This document shows positions 49,451 through 59,575 of a DNA stretch of 64,000 bases, one piece after another. This DNA comes from Verrucomicrobiota bacterium (GTDB taxonomy: Bacteria; Verrucomicrobiota; Verrucomicrobiia; Limisphaerales; AAA164-E04): assembly GCA_047947115.1 (NCBI GenBank), contig CP170459.1:5088001-5152000 (forward strand). Direction: 5' to 3'. The position numbers were made by a program, and so were the translations under genes. Numbering within the stretch: the stretch's first letter is position 1; the number at the start of each line of letters is the position of its first letter. Below the pieces are notes generated by a model that searched no databases, was not told where the DNA came from, and saw only the letters and a program-made list of their open reading frames with translations.

Positions 49451-51272
49451 TGCTGTCAGAGATTTTCTCGAAACCTTCTTCGATGAAGGTGGTATTCTGA
49501 ATGCGGGTAAGCCGGGCATAGACGCCGTCTTGCTTGATCAGGTCGTCATGCGCACCCCGTTCGATGATGTTGCCTTCTTTGAGGACAAGAATCTGGTCAG
49601 CCTTGCGGATCGTGCTCAGGCGGTGGGCAATCACAAAGCTGGTCCGGCCTTTCAACAACCGCTCCAGGGCCTCCTGAATCAGTCGCTCCGTGGCTGTGTC
49701 CACACTGGCCGTGGCCTCGTCCAGTATCAGGATTGGAGCGTCCTTGAGCAAAGCTCTGGCAATGCTGATGCGTTGCTTCTCCCCGACGCTGAGTTTCACC
49801 CCGCGCTCGCCAACATGGGAATCGTACCCCTCAGGCAAGCGCTCGATGAAGTCGTGACAGTTCGCAGCCTGTGCTGCCCGGATCAAATCTTCCTCTCCTG
49901 CATCCAGATTGCCATACGCAATGTTCTCCCGCACTGTGCCATTGAACAAAAACGGTTCCTGCGAAACCACACTGATCTCACGGCGCAATGAAGCCAGATC
50001 CAACTGGCTTACATCCTGTCCATCGATGGTAATGGTCCCACTGGTCAATTCGTAAAACGCGGGCAGCAGATTCACAATGGATGATTTTCCGGCACCCGTG
50101 GGCCCCACCAATGCAATCATCTCACCGGATCGGGCATGCAGGTCAATGTCGTGGAGAACGGTTCGGTCCTCTCCATATTGGAAAACCACCTTTTTGTAGA
50201 CCACGTCCCCTTTGACAGGAGTTTTCAGGATTTGTGTCCGATCCGGCCTTTCGGGATCAGCATCCAAAATATCGAACACCCTCTCACCTGCGGCACGCGC
50301 TCCCTGCATCATCTGGTTCAAACTGTGCAAGCGTCCGATAGGCTCATAAAACAGTCCGAGAAACAGAACAAAACCAACCAAATCCCCCACCGACATGACA
50401 TCCTGAATCACCATCCGTCCACCGATCCAAAGCACCAACCCCGTTCCAAGCGAAGTGGCAAACGCCATGGTCGGTGAATAAATCGCCCAGGCCTTCATGA
50501 TGCCCAAGGATCCCAGACGAAGCGCATGGGATCGATCGGCAAAACGGCGATCTTCATGTTTCTGACGACAGAAAGCCTTGATTTGGCGGATTCCCTGAAG
50601 GTTATCCATCAACAACGCGTTCATGGCGCTGGCAGCCTCCCGCTGACGACGATAACGACGGTGTGCGGTCAGGGTATAGGCCAATGCGCCTCCAATCAGC
50701 ACCGGCATGGGAATCAGCGCCACCCAGGCGAGTGTGGGGTTCATCGCAAACAAGAAAAACAACACCCCAACCACGCTCAACACAGCCACCGTCCCCTGCT
50801 CTGTCCCGTCGATCAAAACGCGTTCGACATTGTTCACGTCCTCAATCACTCGGGTCATCAAATCGCCTGAAGCACGTTGATCGAAATATCCGACCGGCAA
50901 ATGCTGAAGTTTGTCGTAAACCTGCTGGCGCATGTCATAGATGACATTTTGTTCGAAGTGATTGTTAATGATGATCCGCAAGCTGTTGAACAATTCACGC
51001 AGCAGAAAAGCGCCGATCAAGCTGCCCATCACCCAGGGTAATTCATCGAGCCGCTTGTTGGAGATGACCTCATCGATGACATAGGAAGTCAATTTCGGAT
51101 AGACAAACGCAAAGGCAAGCGAAACAACCGCACACCCTACCGTCCCCAGAGCCATCCATTTATAAGGCATGAGAAACACCGACACCCGCCGGACGATCTC
51201 CCACGTACTTCGCTTCCGAGCCCCATAATCACGGCTACGCCCCTTCCCCGAACTGATACCACGACGACTCAC
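49446..51272 (-). CDS. ABC transporter, fused permease/ATP-binding (MsbA/MdlB-like exporter)
   Basis: N-terminal TM domain, GPTGAGKS, LSVGEKQR, ILDEAT, IAHRLST. Confidence 0.95.
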   Translation of the reverse strand: MSRRGISSGKGRSRDYGARKRSTWEIVRRVSVFLMPYKWMALGTVGCAVVSLAFAFVYPKLTSYVIDEVISNKRLDELPWVMGSLIGAFLLRELFNSLRIIINNHFEQNVIYDMRQQVYDKLQHLPVGYFDQRASGDLMTRVIEDVNNVERVLIDGTEQGTVAVLSVVGVLFFLFAMNPTLAWVALIPMPVLIGGALAYTLTAHRRYRRQREAASAMNALLMDNLQGIRQIKAFCRQKHEDRRFADRSHALRLGSLGIMKAWAIYSPTMAFATSLGTGLVLWIGGRMVIQDVMSVGDLVGFVLFLGLFYEPIGRLHSLNQMMQGARAAGERVFDILDADPERPDRTQILKTPVKGDVVYKKVVFQYGEDRTVLHDIDLHARSGEMIALVGPTGAGKSSIVNLLPAFYELTSGTITIDGQDVSQLDLASLRREISVVSQEPFLFNGTVRENIAYGNLDAGEEDLIRAAQAANCHDFIERLPEGYDSHVGERGVKLSVGEKQRISIARALLKDAPILILDEATASVDTATERLIQEALERLLKGRTSFVIAHRLSTIRKADQILVLKEGNIIERGAHDDLIKQDGVYARLTRIQNTTFIEEGFEKISDSR

Positions 51273-51412
51273 GATACAAAAGGAAAGTCGAATGAAGGGA
51301 AAGAATACTCATCATCCCCAAGTGAACTGCCCAAAAAGCAAGGCTGCTGTAAAAAAACCATCACCATTAAAACATCTGCGTTAATCTGCGAAATCTGCGG
51401 TTAAAGCCAAAA

Positions 51413-52165
51413 TCAATAAGTAGCACGCCCCCCGGAAATATCAAACACCCCACCGGTTGAAAACGAACAATCCTCCGAAGCCAACCAGGACACCAAAGCC
51501 GCCACTTCATGCGGTTGACCCACGCGCTTCATAGGGATCTTGGACACCATGTAATCAATATGTTCCTGACTCACCTGCCTGAGGATATCCGTTTGAATCA
51601 CCGCAGGCGTCACACAATTGACATGTACCCCGGTTTCAGCGAGTTCCTTCCCGAGCGATTTGGTTAAACCAATCACACCCGATTTTGCAGCACTGTAATG
51701 AGATGCATTGGGGTTTCCTTCTTTCCCGGCAATTGAAGCAATATTGATGATCCGACCGTAACCATGGCTCATCATATGAGGCACCACCGCGTGACACACA
51801 TAAAAGACTGCCATCAGGTCCAGCTCAATCACATCACGCCATTCCTGCCAACTGCATTCCCAGAGCTTTTTGCTCACACCTGCGATGCCCGCATTATTGA
51901 CGGCAATGTCGATTTTCCCCATGGAAGCCGCCGTATTGTTGGCGGCTTTGGCAACAGATTCCGGAGAAGTAAGATCCACCGGTTGAACCTGCACCGAAGA
52001 TGGATCGTCCAGTTTCGATACAAACTCCCGGGCTGCGGCTTCGTCTTTATCCCAAATGGAGCAACGCGCCCCGGAATCCAGAAACCGTTGCACGATGGCC
52101 TTTCCTATTCCCCTGGCTCCTCCGGTCACAACAGCAACACGATCTTTTAAATCAATGGCATTCAT
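51413..52165 (-). CDS. SDR family oxidoreductase (FabG-like)
   Basis: TGGARGIG, NNAG, YSAAK, DISGGR. Confidence 0.93.
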   Translation of the reverse strand: MNAIDLKDRVAVVTGGARGIGKAIVQRFLDSGARCSIWDKDEAAAREFVSKLDDPSSVQVQPVDLTSPESVAKAANNTAASMGKIDIAVNNAGIAGVSKKLWECSWQEWRDVIELDLMAVFYVCHAVVPHMMSHGYGRIINIASIAGKEGNPNASHYSAAKSGVIGLTKSLGKELAETGVHVNCVTPAVIQTDILRQVSQEHIDYMVSKIPMKRVGQPHEVAALVSWLASEDCSFSTGGVFDISGGRATY

Positions 52166-52180
52166 GGGAGCAAAATCAAA

Positions 52181-55021
52181 TCAAGCGGTTTGAGTTGTCG
52201 ACGCGGACACGGCTTCGATGCAGCGAGGGCAGATTTCCGGATGCTCCGTGTGGCTGCCGACTTCGGTTTCCCAATGCCAGCACCGTTTACACTTGGAACC
52301 ATCCGCTTTTTCAACACGCACAACGACGTCCGAACCGCTCTCAAAGACCAGTTGCGAGACATTCATGATCTCGCGCAGCACGGCTTGGTGTGCGTTTGCC
52401 GCTTCCAATTCGGCCTCAGGCAACTGTATCACGAGCCGGGCTTCCAACGCTTTGCCGATGAGTTTTTCACGCCGGGCGTCTTCCAGTTTGGACAAAGCCT
52501 GATCCCGCCACTCCAACCAGCGGCCCCATTGTTCACGCTCGGCATCACTCAGGTTGAACACCTGCGGTTGCCATTCCTGCAAGTGCACCGTGTCCGTCTC
52601 TTGATTGCCAGGGATGTATCCCCAAGCTTCATCCGATGTGAACACCAGTATCGGAGACAGGGCCTGACTCAATCGACGCACAATATGATGCAACACGGTC
52701 TGGGTTGACCGACGTGCATGTGAATGGGCGGCATCGGAATACAGCCTGTCTTTCACCAAATCGTGGTAAATGGATGAAATCTGAACAGCGGTAAATTGAC
52801 TGATCTTCTGGTAAACGATGTGGAACTCATACTTCTCGTAGCATTCGAATACCTGTGCTTCGACCGCAGACCAAGCATCCAGCATCCAACGATCAAGTGG
52901 CGTCAACTGATCATGCGGCACCGCATGCTTCTCCGGATCGTAGTCGTAAAGATTGGACAACTGAAATCTCAGGGAATTTCGCAGCAACCGATACGTTTCT
53001 GCAACGGTCTTGATACGCTCTTCACTGACCACGATGTCGTTTCGGAAATCCTGGGATGCCACCCAGAGACGCACAATGTCCGCTCCATAAGTACCAATGT
53101 AAGCTTCCGCGGTTTGCGGTTTTTCGTATCCGCCCTGCCCTTGTTTGCTCTTTGAAATTTTCTCCTTGTCCGCATCCACCATGAACCCATGGGTCAACAC
53201 CTCCTTGTAAGGAGCCGTTCCATGGGCTGCGAGTGAGAGCAATAACGACGATTGAAACCAACCGCGATGCTGATCACTGCCTTCGAGATACAGGTCAGCT
53301 TGCCAGGGTTTAGGCTCGCAATCGGTCTGCCCTTCCTTGGAACGACGCTGCAATTCCTCACGCGCCATGATGACACTGCGTGATGAACTCCCGGAATCAA
53401 TCCAGACATCCAGAGTGTCCGTGGACTTGGCCACCGCTTCGGCTCCGTCCCAACCTTCAGGGCGAACATTTTGCCAGAGACTCTCCGCTGTTTCAGAAAA
53501 CCAGATATTGGAACCATGTTCCTCGATCAGCCCGGCAACGTTCTTGACGATGCGTCCATCCAGCAAGGGATTGCCGTCGGCATCATAAAAGGCGGGGATG
53601 GGCACACCCCAGGTGCGTTGACGTGAGATACACCAGTCGGGTCTGGATTGAACCGCGCCTTCGATCCGGTTGCGTCCCCATTCGGGCACCCATTGGACTT
53701 GGGCAATTTCATTCAAAGCCTTTTCCCGGAATCCATCGTGATCCACATTGATGAACCATTGATCCATGGCCCGGAAAATGACGGGCGTTTTACTGCGCCA
53801 GCAATGCGGGTAACTGTGTGTGTAATCCTGGTGAAGCAAGAGCGCGTTCTTACCTTTCAAGACTTCCAGCACTGCTTCATTGGCTTCGCTCTTGCCCTGC
53901 TTTTCTAAAATAGATTTGCCGATCAATTCCTCCGGCATTTGTTGTTCCGCCGGAAGGTCGGTGGTGTGCGCCAGGCAACCTCGATCATCCACAGGAGAAT
54001 AAATCGGCAAACCTGCCTGCATGCCCAAACCATAATCCTCCAGACCATGACCGGGCGCAATGTGAACGAAACCGGTACCGGTGCTGTCATCCACAAAATC
54101 AGCATCGTGCAATTTGCCTGTCCGATCGCAAAATGGATGTTCATATTCGATCTGCGCCAACTGTGTGGCATCCAGACTCCGGACAATCTGGTAGTCCTCC
54201 CACCCCATTTTCTCCACCAAACCATCCAGCAAGCCCACGGAAAGGATATAAGATTCATCCCCAACCTGGATCTGGGTGTATTGGAATTTGGAACTGAACG
54301 CCACGGCCAGGTTGGCGGGCAAGGTCCAGGGCGTGGTGGTCCAGATCAGGACAAAGAGGTTGGGTTCGCCTTTGACCTTGCATTTGACATAGATACTGGG
54401 GCTGACGTGATCGGCGTATTCCACCTCGGCTTCCGCCAGGGCAGTTTGACAGGGAATACTCCAGTAAACCGGTTTCTTTCCGCGATAAACAAATCCCTGA
54501 TCGATCAAATCCGCAAATAAACGCAACTCCGAAGCTTCGTATTCCTTGTCCAGGGTCAGGTAAGGCTTGTCCCATTCTCCCAAAACTCCGAGGCGTTTGA
54601 ACTGGGTTCGCTGCAAATCGATATATTTCCGGGCATATGCATCACACGCGGTCCGGATCGCGGCGGCATCGCCCATATCCCCGCCTTTCTTGCGCATTTC
54701 CTGCACCACCTTGAACTCAATCGGCAGACCATGGCAGTCCCAACCGGGCACATACGGAGCATGCAGCCCTTTCTGCGTGTTGAACTTAAGAATAAAATCC
54801 TTGAGAATCTTGTTACCGGCGGTACCGATATGCACGTCTCCGTTGGCAAACGGAGGTCCATCGTGCAACAGAAAGACTTCGCGATCCTTGCGGGACTCCT
54901 TGATTTGATCATAAAGACCGGATTTCTCCCAGGCCTCCAGACGTTGTGGCTCGCGTTTCACCAGATCGGCTTTCATCGGAAAACCGGTCTGCGGTAGATT
55001 TAATGTATTCTTATAGTCCAT
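52181..55021 (-). CDS. ileS: Isoleucine--tRNA ligase (type 1, C-terminal Zn finger)
   Basis: MDYKNTLNLPQTGFPMKA, HDGPPFANG, GWDCHGLPIE, WTTTPWTLP, DWCISRQR, EGSDQHRGWF, CKRC...CPRC. Confidence 0.97.
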   Translation of the reverse strand: MDYKNTLNLPQTGFPMKADLVKREPQRLEAWEKSGLYDQIKESRKDREVFLLHDGPPFANGDVHIGTAGNKILKDFILKFNTQKGLHAPYVPGWDCHGLPIEFKVVQEMRKKGGDMGDAAAIRTACDAYARKYIDLQRTQFKRLGVLGEWDKPYLTLDKEYEASELRLFADLIDQGFVYRGKKPVYWSIPCQTALAEAEVEYADHVSPSIYVKCKVKGEPNLFVLIWTTTPWTLPANLAVAFSSKFQYTQIQVGDESYILSVGLLDGLVEKMGWEDYQIVRSLDATQLAQIEYEHPFCDRTGKLHDADFVDDSTGTGFVHIAPGHGLEDYGLGMQAGLPIYSPVDDRGCLAHTTDLPAEQQMPEELIGKSILEKQGKSEANEAVLEVLKGKNALLLHQDYTHSYPHCWRSKTPVIFRAMDQWFINVDHDGFREKALNEIAQVQWVPEWGRNRIEGAVQSRPDWCISRQRTWGVPIPAFYDADGNPLLDGRIVKNVAGLIEEHGSNIWFSETAESLWQNVRPEGWDGAEAVAKSTDTLDVWIDSGSSSRSVIMAREELQRRSKEGQTDCEPKPWQADLYLEGSDQHRGWFQSSLLLSLAAHGTAPYKEVLTHGFMVDADKEKISKSKQGQGGYEKPQTAEAYIGTYGADIVRLWVASQDFRNDIVVSEERIKTVAETYRLLRNSLRFQLSNLYDYDPEKHAVPHDQLTPLDRWMLDAWSAVEAQVFECYEKYEFHIVYQKISQFTAVQISSIYHDLVKDRLYSDAAHSHARRSTQTVLHHIVRRLSQALSPILVFTSDEAWGYIPGNQETDTVHLQEWQPQVFNLSDAEREQWGRWLEWRDQALSKLEDARREKLIGKALEARLVIQLPEAELEAANAHQAVLREIMNVSQLVFESGSDVVVRVEKADGSKCKRCWHWETEVGSHTEHPEICPRCIEAVSASTTQTA

Positions 55022-55135
55022 CGGTAGGAACTTTCCAAGGCGGGCAAAGGTATCAACCTGCACCCAAGGTGTCAACGTGCGGCAATAGGGAAGGGATAAA
55101 GAGACAAAGGTACACCAATTTTACTGTAAGTGATG

Positions 55136-55570
55136 TCACCCTATAATGTTCACACCTTTGATTGCAAAGGATTGCGATGCAGCCAAGAGATGCCTGTCGT
55201 TCGAATAGATCTCCCGAAATCCATTTTCACGGGCACATACCAAGTGAATGGCGTCATTAGTCCGAATATAAATATTTCTATCCAGCCGTCGAATAAGTCT
55301 ATTTACAGACGTAAGCAATGATTCGCTTAAACCGAAAAAACACCATTATCCGTTCAAACAGTCACTTTCAAAACTATCCAATACTTGCGTGGCCTGCTTG
55401 GCGTCCAAACGGCTTTCTCGCATTTGCCGATGCACCGCAGCCGCAAACTCGACTTTCGCAAGAGTGCATGAGGCCAAACCATCGGCCGCTGCTGTAAGTC
55501 TGCGAACTTCGGCCGAACCATTTTCAGTAAGGTAGCACTTGATGATATAACAAGTGTCCAAATAAATCAT
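55136..55570 (-). pseudogene. VapC/PIN-domain toxin interrupted by an in-frame TAA
   Basis: MIYLDT...VEF...G-TAA(55346-55348)-WCFF...NDAIHL...YSNDRHL; both track ORFs are in one frame, giving 144 codons with the PIN acidic residues. Confidence 0.85.
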
Positions 55571-55574
55571 GCTC

Positions 55575-55808
55575 CTACCTTTCCCGATCCTCACAAATCA
55601 ACAACGTGGATTCCGTGTCAACAGTTGGTCTTTCTGTCCCTTCCCAATGGCCTTCTGGTAATGGCTGAACGGTATGAGTCGATGTCTCCGATGAGGTAAG
55701 GAAAGCCACAGGCCGTCCACGATCAGTGACGACCAAAGGCTCTTCTCCCACTGATCGCACAATGCGGCCGGTTGCAGCGTGCAGTTCGCTAATTGAAACT
55801 GTCTTCAT
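55575..55808 (-). CDS. Phd/YefM family antitoxin
   Basis: MKTVSISELH...VVTDRGRPVAFL, directly upstream of the PIN gene. Confidence 0.87.
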   Translation of the reverse strand: MKTVSISELHAATGRIVRSVGEEPLVVTDRGRPVAFLTSSETSTHTVQPLPEGHWEGTERPTVDTESTLLICEDRER

Positions 55809-55955
55809 GCTTACAATGTGGTAGAAGAAGCGGGATTGCTCAATTAAAAAATTGGGTGAAAACAACTACTCTCAAGAGTTAATCAACTATAAATGTACGA
55901 CTTGCAACCGGTTGATGTCCAATTTAAGGTCCGTTACCAAGTCACTGCCACAACC

Positions 55956-57335
55956 ATGAATCTCATGACAAGACTTAAAAGCCTCCATTTCATCCTACCG
56001 GGAAAAAGCGGGGTGGTCGTGTTGGTATTTTTTGGGTTGGTTGTTGTGGGCATGCTTTGGAATGAAAGCTTAAAACCACGTTATCTGGGCAAGACAAAGG
56101 AAGCATGGTTGCGGGATTTCTCGGCGGGCAACAATGGAGTCATCTCCGCTGAAACGGAACTCAGTCCTCGCCAAAAACAAGCCATAAAGGCATTCCAACA
56201 TTTCGGGAAAGAGGGATTTGATTATTTGGCAGAGCAAATGGCCTTTACCCCAACTACGTTTCATAAAATGATGGCTTGGCTTCATCGATATCAATGGTTT
56301 CGAGACCTGGGCATCCCATTCGGCAATGGTCAGGCGGCAGGCGCTTATTTTTTACTACGCCATCTTGATGTCCCATACAACTGGGTCGAACCCCATTGGA
56401 AAGCCTCCGGAAACAAGACATCTGTCACTGATTACTTCAAACTCAACCTGGTTCAAAGTGTCACCAATCGCCTTGATGAACTCGTTCCCGAAGTCGCCAG
56501 CTACCTCACACATACCAATCAGGTTGTTCGTCAAAATGCTGTTGTGGCATTGAACAAATGCTACGAACCGGGGCGTTTTTATCCTGAAGTCGAACCTCTC
56601 CTGATAGGCCTGCCCCCCAGCCAATGGAGCATACGTCCGCTCATGGAAATTTTAGCCAAACACGCCATTCAGTCACCTTGGGCTCAGCAGGAATTAATGA
56701 AAGCTGTCAATCATCAGGATCCATCCATATCGAAGTTTGCAACCGTCGCGATGGCATCGAATCCTGCCATGCACACTGAAACCATGGCACACATCAAAGA
56801 TCTCATCCAACAATCAATCCAACGAGCGGAAAAACATCCAAACGCCATCATTTCCATTCCCTGGCTTGAAGCTTTCAAAACCGTCAACATCACTTTGGAT
56901 GATTCCCTAAGACATTCACTTCTTGAGCTGGCACAACATGCTTTCACCGGGGAGTTTTTTCAGATTCTAGACATTCTGGAACATCATTCCTGGGAAAAGA
57001 ACAAATATGTGGTTTCGTTGGTTCGTCAAAGAATGCAACCTCCGGAATACATGGGATATTACGAATTTCAGGCTTTTCTCTGGCTTCTGGATCGAGATCC
57101 TGAAGACGCAGAAACATGGGCAACCTTCGATCGCATCATGGAAAAAGAACGCCCCATTGAAATGCCTCATAACATTCGATGGCTTGCCCTCATGAGTTCC
57201 CCATCCAAAGCTGCGGAAACGCGACTCTGGATGTATGCGGCATCGATCCACGAACCCACCCGACTAGCCGCCGAGGAAACGTTGGCTGAGCTGAAGACCA
57301 AGGGGTTACTGAGTGAATTCGAAATGAAAAATTAA
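55956..57335 (+). CDS. Membrane-anchored helical (HEAT-like) hypothetical protein, paralogue 1
   Basis: N-terminal TM, P.Y.GK...W, AIKAFQHFGKEGFDYL, HTNQVVRQNAVVAL. Confidence 0.7.
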   Translation: MNLMTRLKSLHFILPGKSGVVVLVFFGLVVVGMLWNESLKPRYLGKTKEAWLRDFSAGNNGVISAETELSPRQKQAIKAFQHFGKEGFDYLAEQMAFTPTTFHKMMAWLHRYQWFRDLGIPFGNGQAAGAYFLLRHLDVPYNWVEPHWKASGNKTSVTDYFKLNLVQSVTNRLDELVPEVASYLTHTNQVVRQNAVVALNKCYEPGRFYPEVEPLLIGLPPSQWSIRPLMEILAKHAIQSPWAQQELMKAVNHQDPSISKFATVAMASNPAMHTETMAHIKDLIQQSIQRAEKHPNAIISIPWLEAFKTVNITLDDSLRHSLLELAQHAFTGEFFQILDILEHHSWEKNKYVVSLVRQRMQPPEYMGYYEFQAFLWLLDRDPEDAETWATFDRIMEKERPIEMPHNIRWLALMSSPSKAAETRLWMYAASIHEPTRLAAEETLAELKTKGLLSEFEMKN

Positions 57336-57366
57336 ACTCTCACAAAGGCACCAAGGCACGAAGTAA

Positions 57367-58722
57367 ATGCATCAGGAATCACCAGCATCAAACAGTGACG
57401 GAAGGGTCAAGAAAAGGTGGATAGCTCTGGGCTTGATCATCCTGGCCTTTGTTTTTTGGAAAGGGATGCATCCGACCTACCAGGGGCATGGTATGCAATA
57501 TTGGTTCGATGTTTACACAAAGGATGGTGTACAGGAACACCCTCACAAACCCATCCCCCCTTTGACTTCTGCACAGAAGGAAGCATTGGATGCATTTCAG
57601 CATTTTGGAAAGGTTGGGTTGAATTATCTGATTGATTTGGCCACTCAGGACTATAAACCTACAAAGTTTGTTGAAGGAATCGAGTCAATATTAGAAAGCC
57701 TGCCTTGGAGATCCAGAGGTAGCTTCGAGGTGGCACGGCATTACCAAATAGTCACCTCCTGGGAGTTATTGAGACAGCTGGGTGTTCCTTTTAGACTGGC
57801 TCAATCATACGGGGAATCCTTTAAAGGTGAATCCGACCCAAAAATGCTTGCGAAAGCGATAAGCCCCTTTCAGTGGGTTACCAACAATTTCGATGAAGTT
57901 GGAAACAAAATCTCCTATTACCTGGATCATGAAAATTCCAGTCTCCGATGGAATGCCCACAGAGCACTCGAGAACATGTCTGTAAGTACAGAAATCCACG
58001 CAAAGGACTGGGCCGAGAGATTGACTGAACGCCCCAACTACTACCTGATGGCCAAGTGGGCAAAAAAGTCTTCGGTCTTCGAGGAAGATCTACTCACACG
58101 CTCACAATCATCAAAACCAAGGGAATCATTCAAAGCTATCGCTTGTCTTGCCACCGCATTTCCAGATGCACCAAAATACCGAAAACAACTTCTCGAACAT
58201 TTAACAATTACACCAAAGTCAACCGCCTCAGAGGCAGCGGGTGTTCAATCCAACATTTATTTCCTAATCGCCATCGACTTTCCTTTTCAAACCATCTATC
58301 CAGAACTCATCGAAATTGCGAAAAACGCGGATATGGCTCTATTGGCTATAGCGGAATTACTCCAGGACGAAAACTTGGATGTAAAACCCCTGCTATCAAG
58401 CTTGGAAAAAGTGCTGGCAGGAGCTGCAACCAAATACCATCACTTTAATCAGCATCTGACGGCATCACTGTTCCTATTACAACAAGACCTTCATGATGCC
58501 AAAGCCTGGTCATCTATCGAACAGGCATGTGCCGGCCCTGTAAAAGGAGGGACGCAACAGGATCAATTCATAGGCATCGTCCAATCACTGGCTCCGCACT
58601 GCAAAGAAGCACAAGACATTATTGAAAGAAATCCTGGGGTATCCAAAAAACTTTGGTTAACAAAGATAAGCGCCGCCAATTTTCGAATAAGACAGTATGG
58701 ATTGAGCAAACAATTTGCATGA
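57367..58722 (+). CDS. Membrane-anchored helical (HEAT-like) hypothetical protein, paralogue 2
   Basis: N-terminal TM, PTYQG...W, ALDAFQHFGKVGLNYL, HENSSLRWNAHRAL. Confidence 0.7.
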   Translation: MHQESPASNSDGRVKKRWIALGLIILAFVFWKGMHPTYQGHGMQYWFDVYTKDGVQEHPHKPIPPLTSAQKEALDAFQHFGKVGLNYLIDLATQDYKPTKFVEGIESILESLPWRSRGSFEVARHYQIVTSWELLRQLGVPFRLAQSYGESFKGESDPKMLAKAISPFQWVTNNFDEVGNKISYYLDHENSSLRWNAHRALENMSVSTEIHAKDWAERLTERPNYYLMAKWAKKSSVFEEDLLTRSQSSKPRESFKAIACLATAFPDAPKYRKQLLEHLTITPKSTASEAAGVQSNIYFLIAIDFPFQTIYPELIEIAKNADMALLAIAELLQDENLDVKPLLSSLEKVLAGAATKYHHFNQHLTASLFLLQQDLHDAKAWSSIEQACAGPVKGGTQQDQFIGIVQSLAPHCKEAQDIIERNPGVSKKLWLTKISAANFRIRQYGLSKQFA

Positions 58723-58850
58723 GCCCGCTGAACAACACAGTGCGGTTGACTTGAAACACCTGACGGACCAAGCACGCGCCAGCGATTCAGATGCAGGGTA
58801 TTGGATCCATTCAGGCCTCCCTATACATGCAATGGAACACCCACCATTGA

Positions 58851-59453
58851 CTATTTATTATTCACCATTTTTAATTCAAAAGCATCGGCCAGTTCCAGCA
58901 AACCGTAAACCAAATCATTCCGGCCACATTCGATTTGGACGATGTAGAGTCCTTTGCGAAAAGTAAGGGATTGAAAAAGCCCATGGTGGGTCCAACAAGC
59001 TGCTTCTCCTACCTGCGGCAACTCATCTTGATTGAAAGGAGCTTTCTTCAAAATCGCCTTCCACGCCAAGTCCATTAAATCTTTGTCTTCCCAACGATAA
59101 ATCACGCAATGATGTCCCCCGGTGTTGATCGCCAGGTCCTTCTTCCCATAATGAACCCGAGCATAGGCTTCGCACCCCAGGGATTGTATTTTGCGTTGCA
59201 TGAAATCCATCGCGGCTTTGGGGTCGGGCTGATCGGAATACACAAAAGTCGAGGGCTGAACGAGGGGCTCCAGATACTGAACCAATTTACGTTCGCTCCA
59301 ATCCCCTTCAATCGCGTCCATCATGGGATAAAGAACTGTTACGGCCCGTTTATCCACTGCTTGCTTTTCCTCAGCAGTTGCCAAGCCCAACAAGCACCAA
59401 ACCGTTAAGGCATACGCCAGCCCCATACGAAAGTAATTAAACAAACCCCTCAT
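58851..59453 (-). CDS. Hypothetical secreted protein
   Basis: Signal-like LAYALTVWCLLGLATA. Start placed at 59453 (or 59426), downstream of the terminator at 59518-59550. Confidence 0.6.
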   Translation of the reverse strand: MRGLFNYFRMGLAYALTVWCLLGLATAEEKQAVDKRAVTVLYPMMDAIEGDWSERKLVQYLEPLVQPSTFVYSDQPDPKAAMDFMQRKIQSLGCEAYARVHYGKKDLAINTGGHHCVIYRWEDKDLMDLAWKAILKKAPFNQDELPQVGEAACWTHHGLFQSLTFRKGLYIVQIECGRNDLVYGLLELADAFELKMVNNK

Positions 59454-59517
59454 ACCTACAAAATCTCCTCTCCGCGTCTCTGCGTCTCTAGTCCCGCATG
59501 CGGTACGGGCATGAGCT

Positions 59518-59550
59518 AAAAAAAAAGCCCTCCCACTCAGGAAAGGCTTT
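59518..59550 (-). terminator. Rho-independent terminator after the prepilin-like gene
   Basis: Minus strand AAAGCCTTTCC-TGAGT-GGGAGGGC followed by T9. Confidence 0.75.
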
Positions 59551-59575
59551 CGAAAAAACGACACGCATCAGCCCC

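Noticed and set aside
9987..55570. Stop-codon reassignment as the cause of the in-frame stops at 10380 and 55346
   Set aside because: The stops differ (TAG, TAA), both codons end ordinary genes here (TAG at 3697, 26031, 49196), and the long genes are otherwise uninterrupted.
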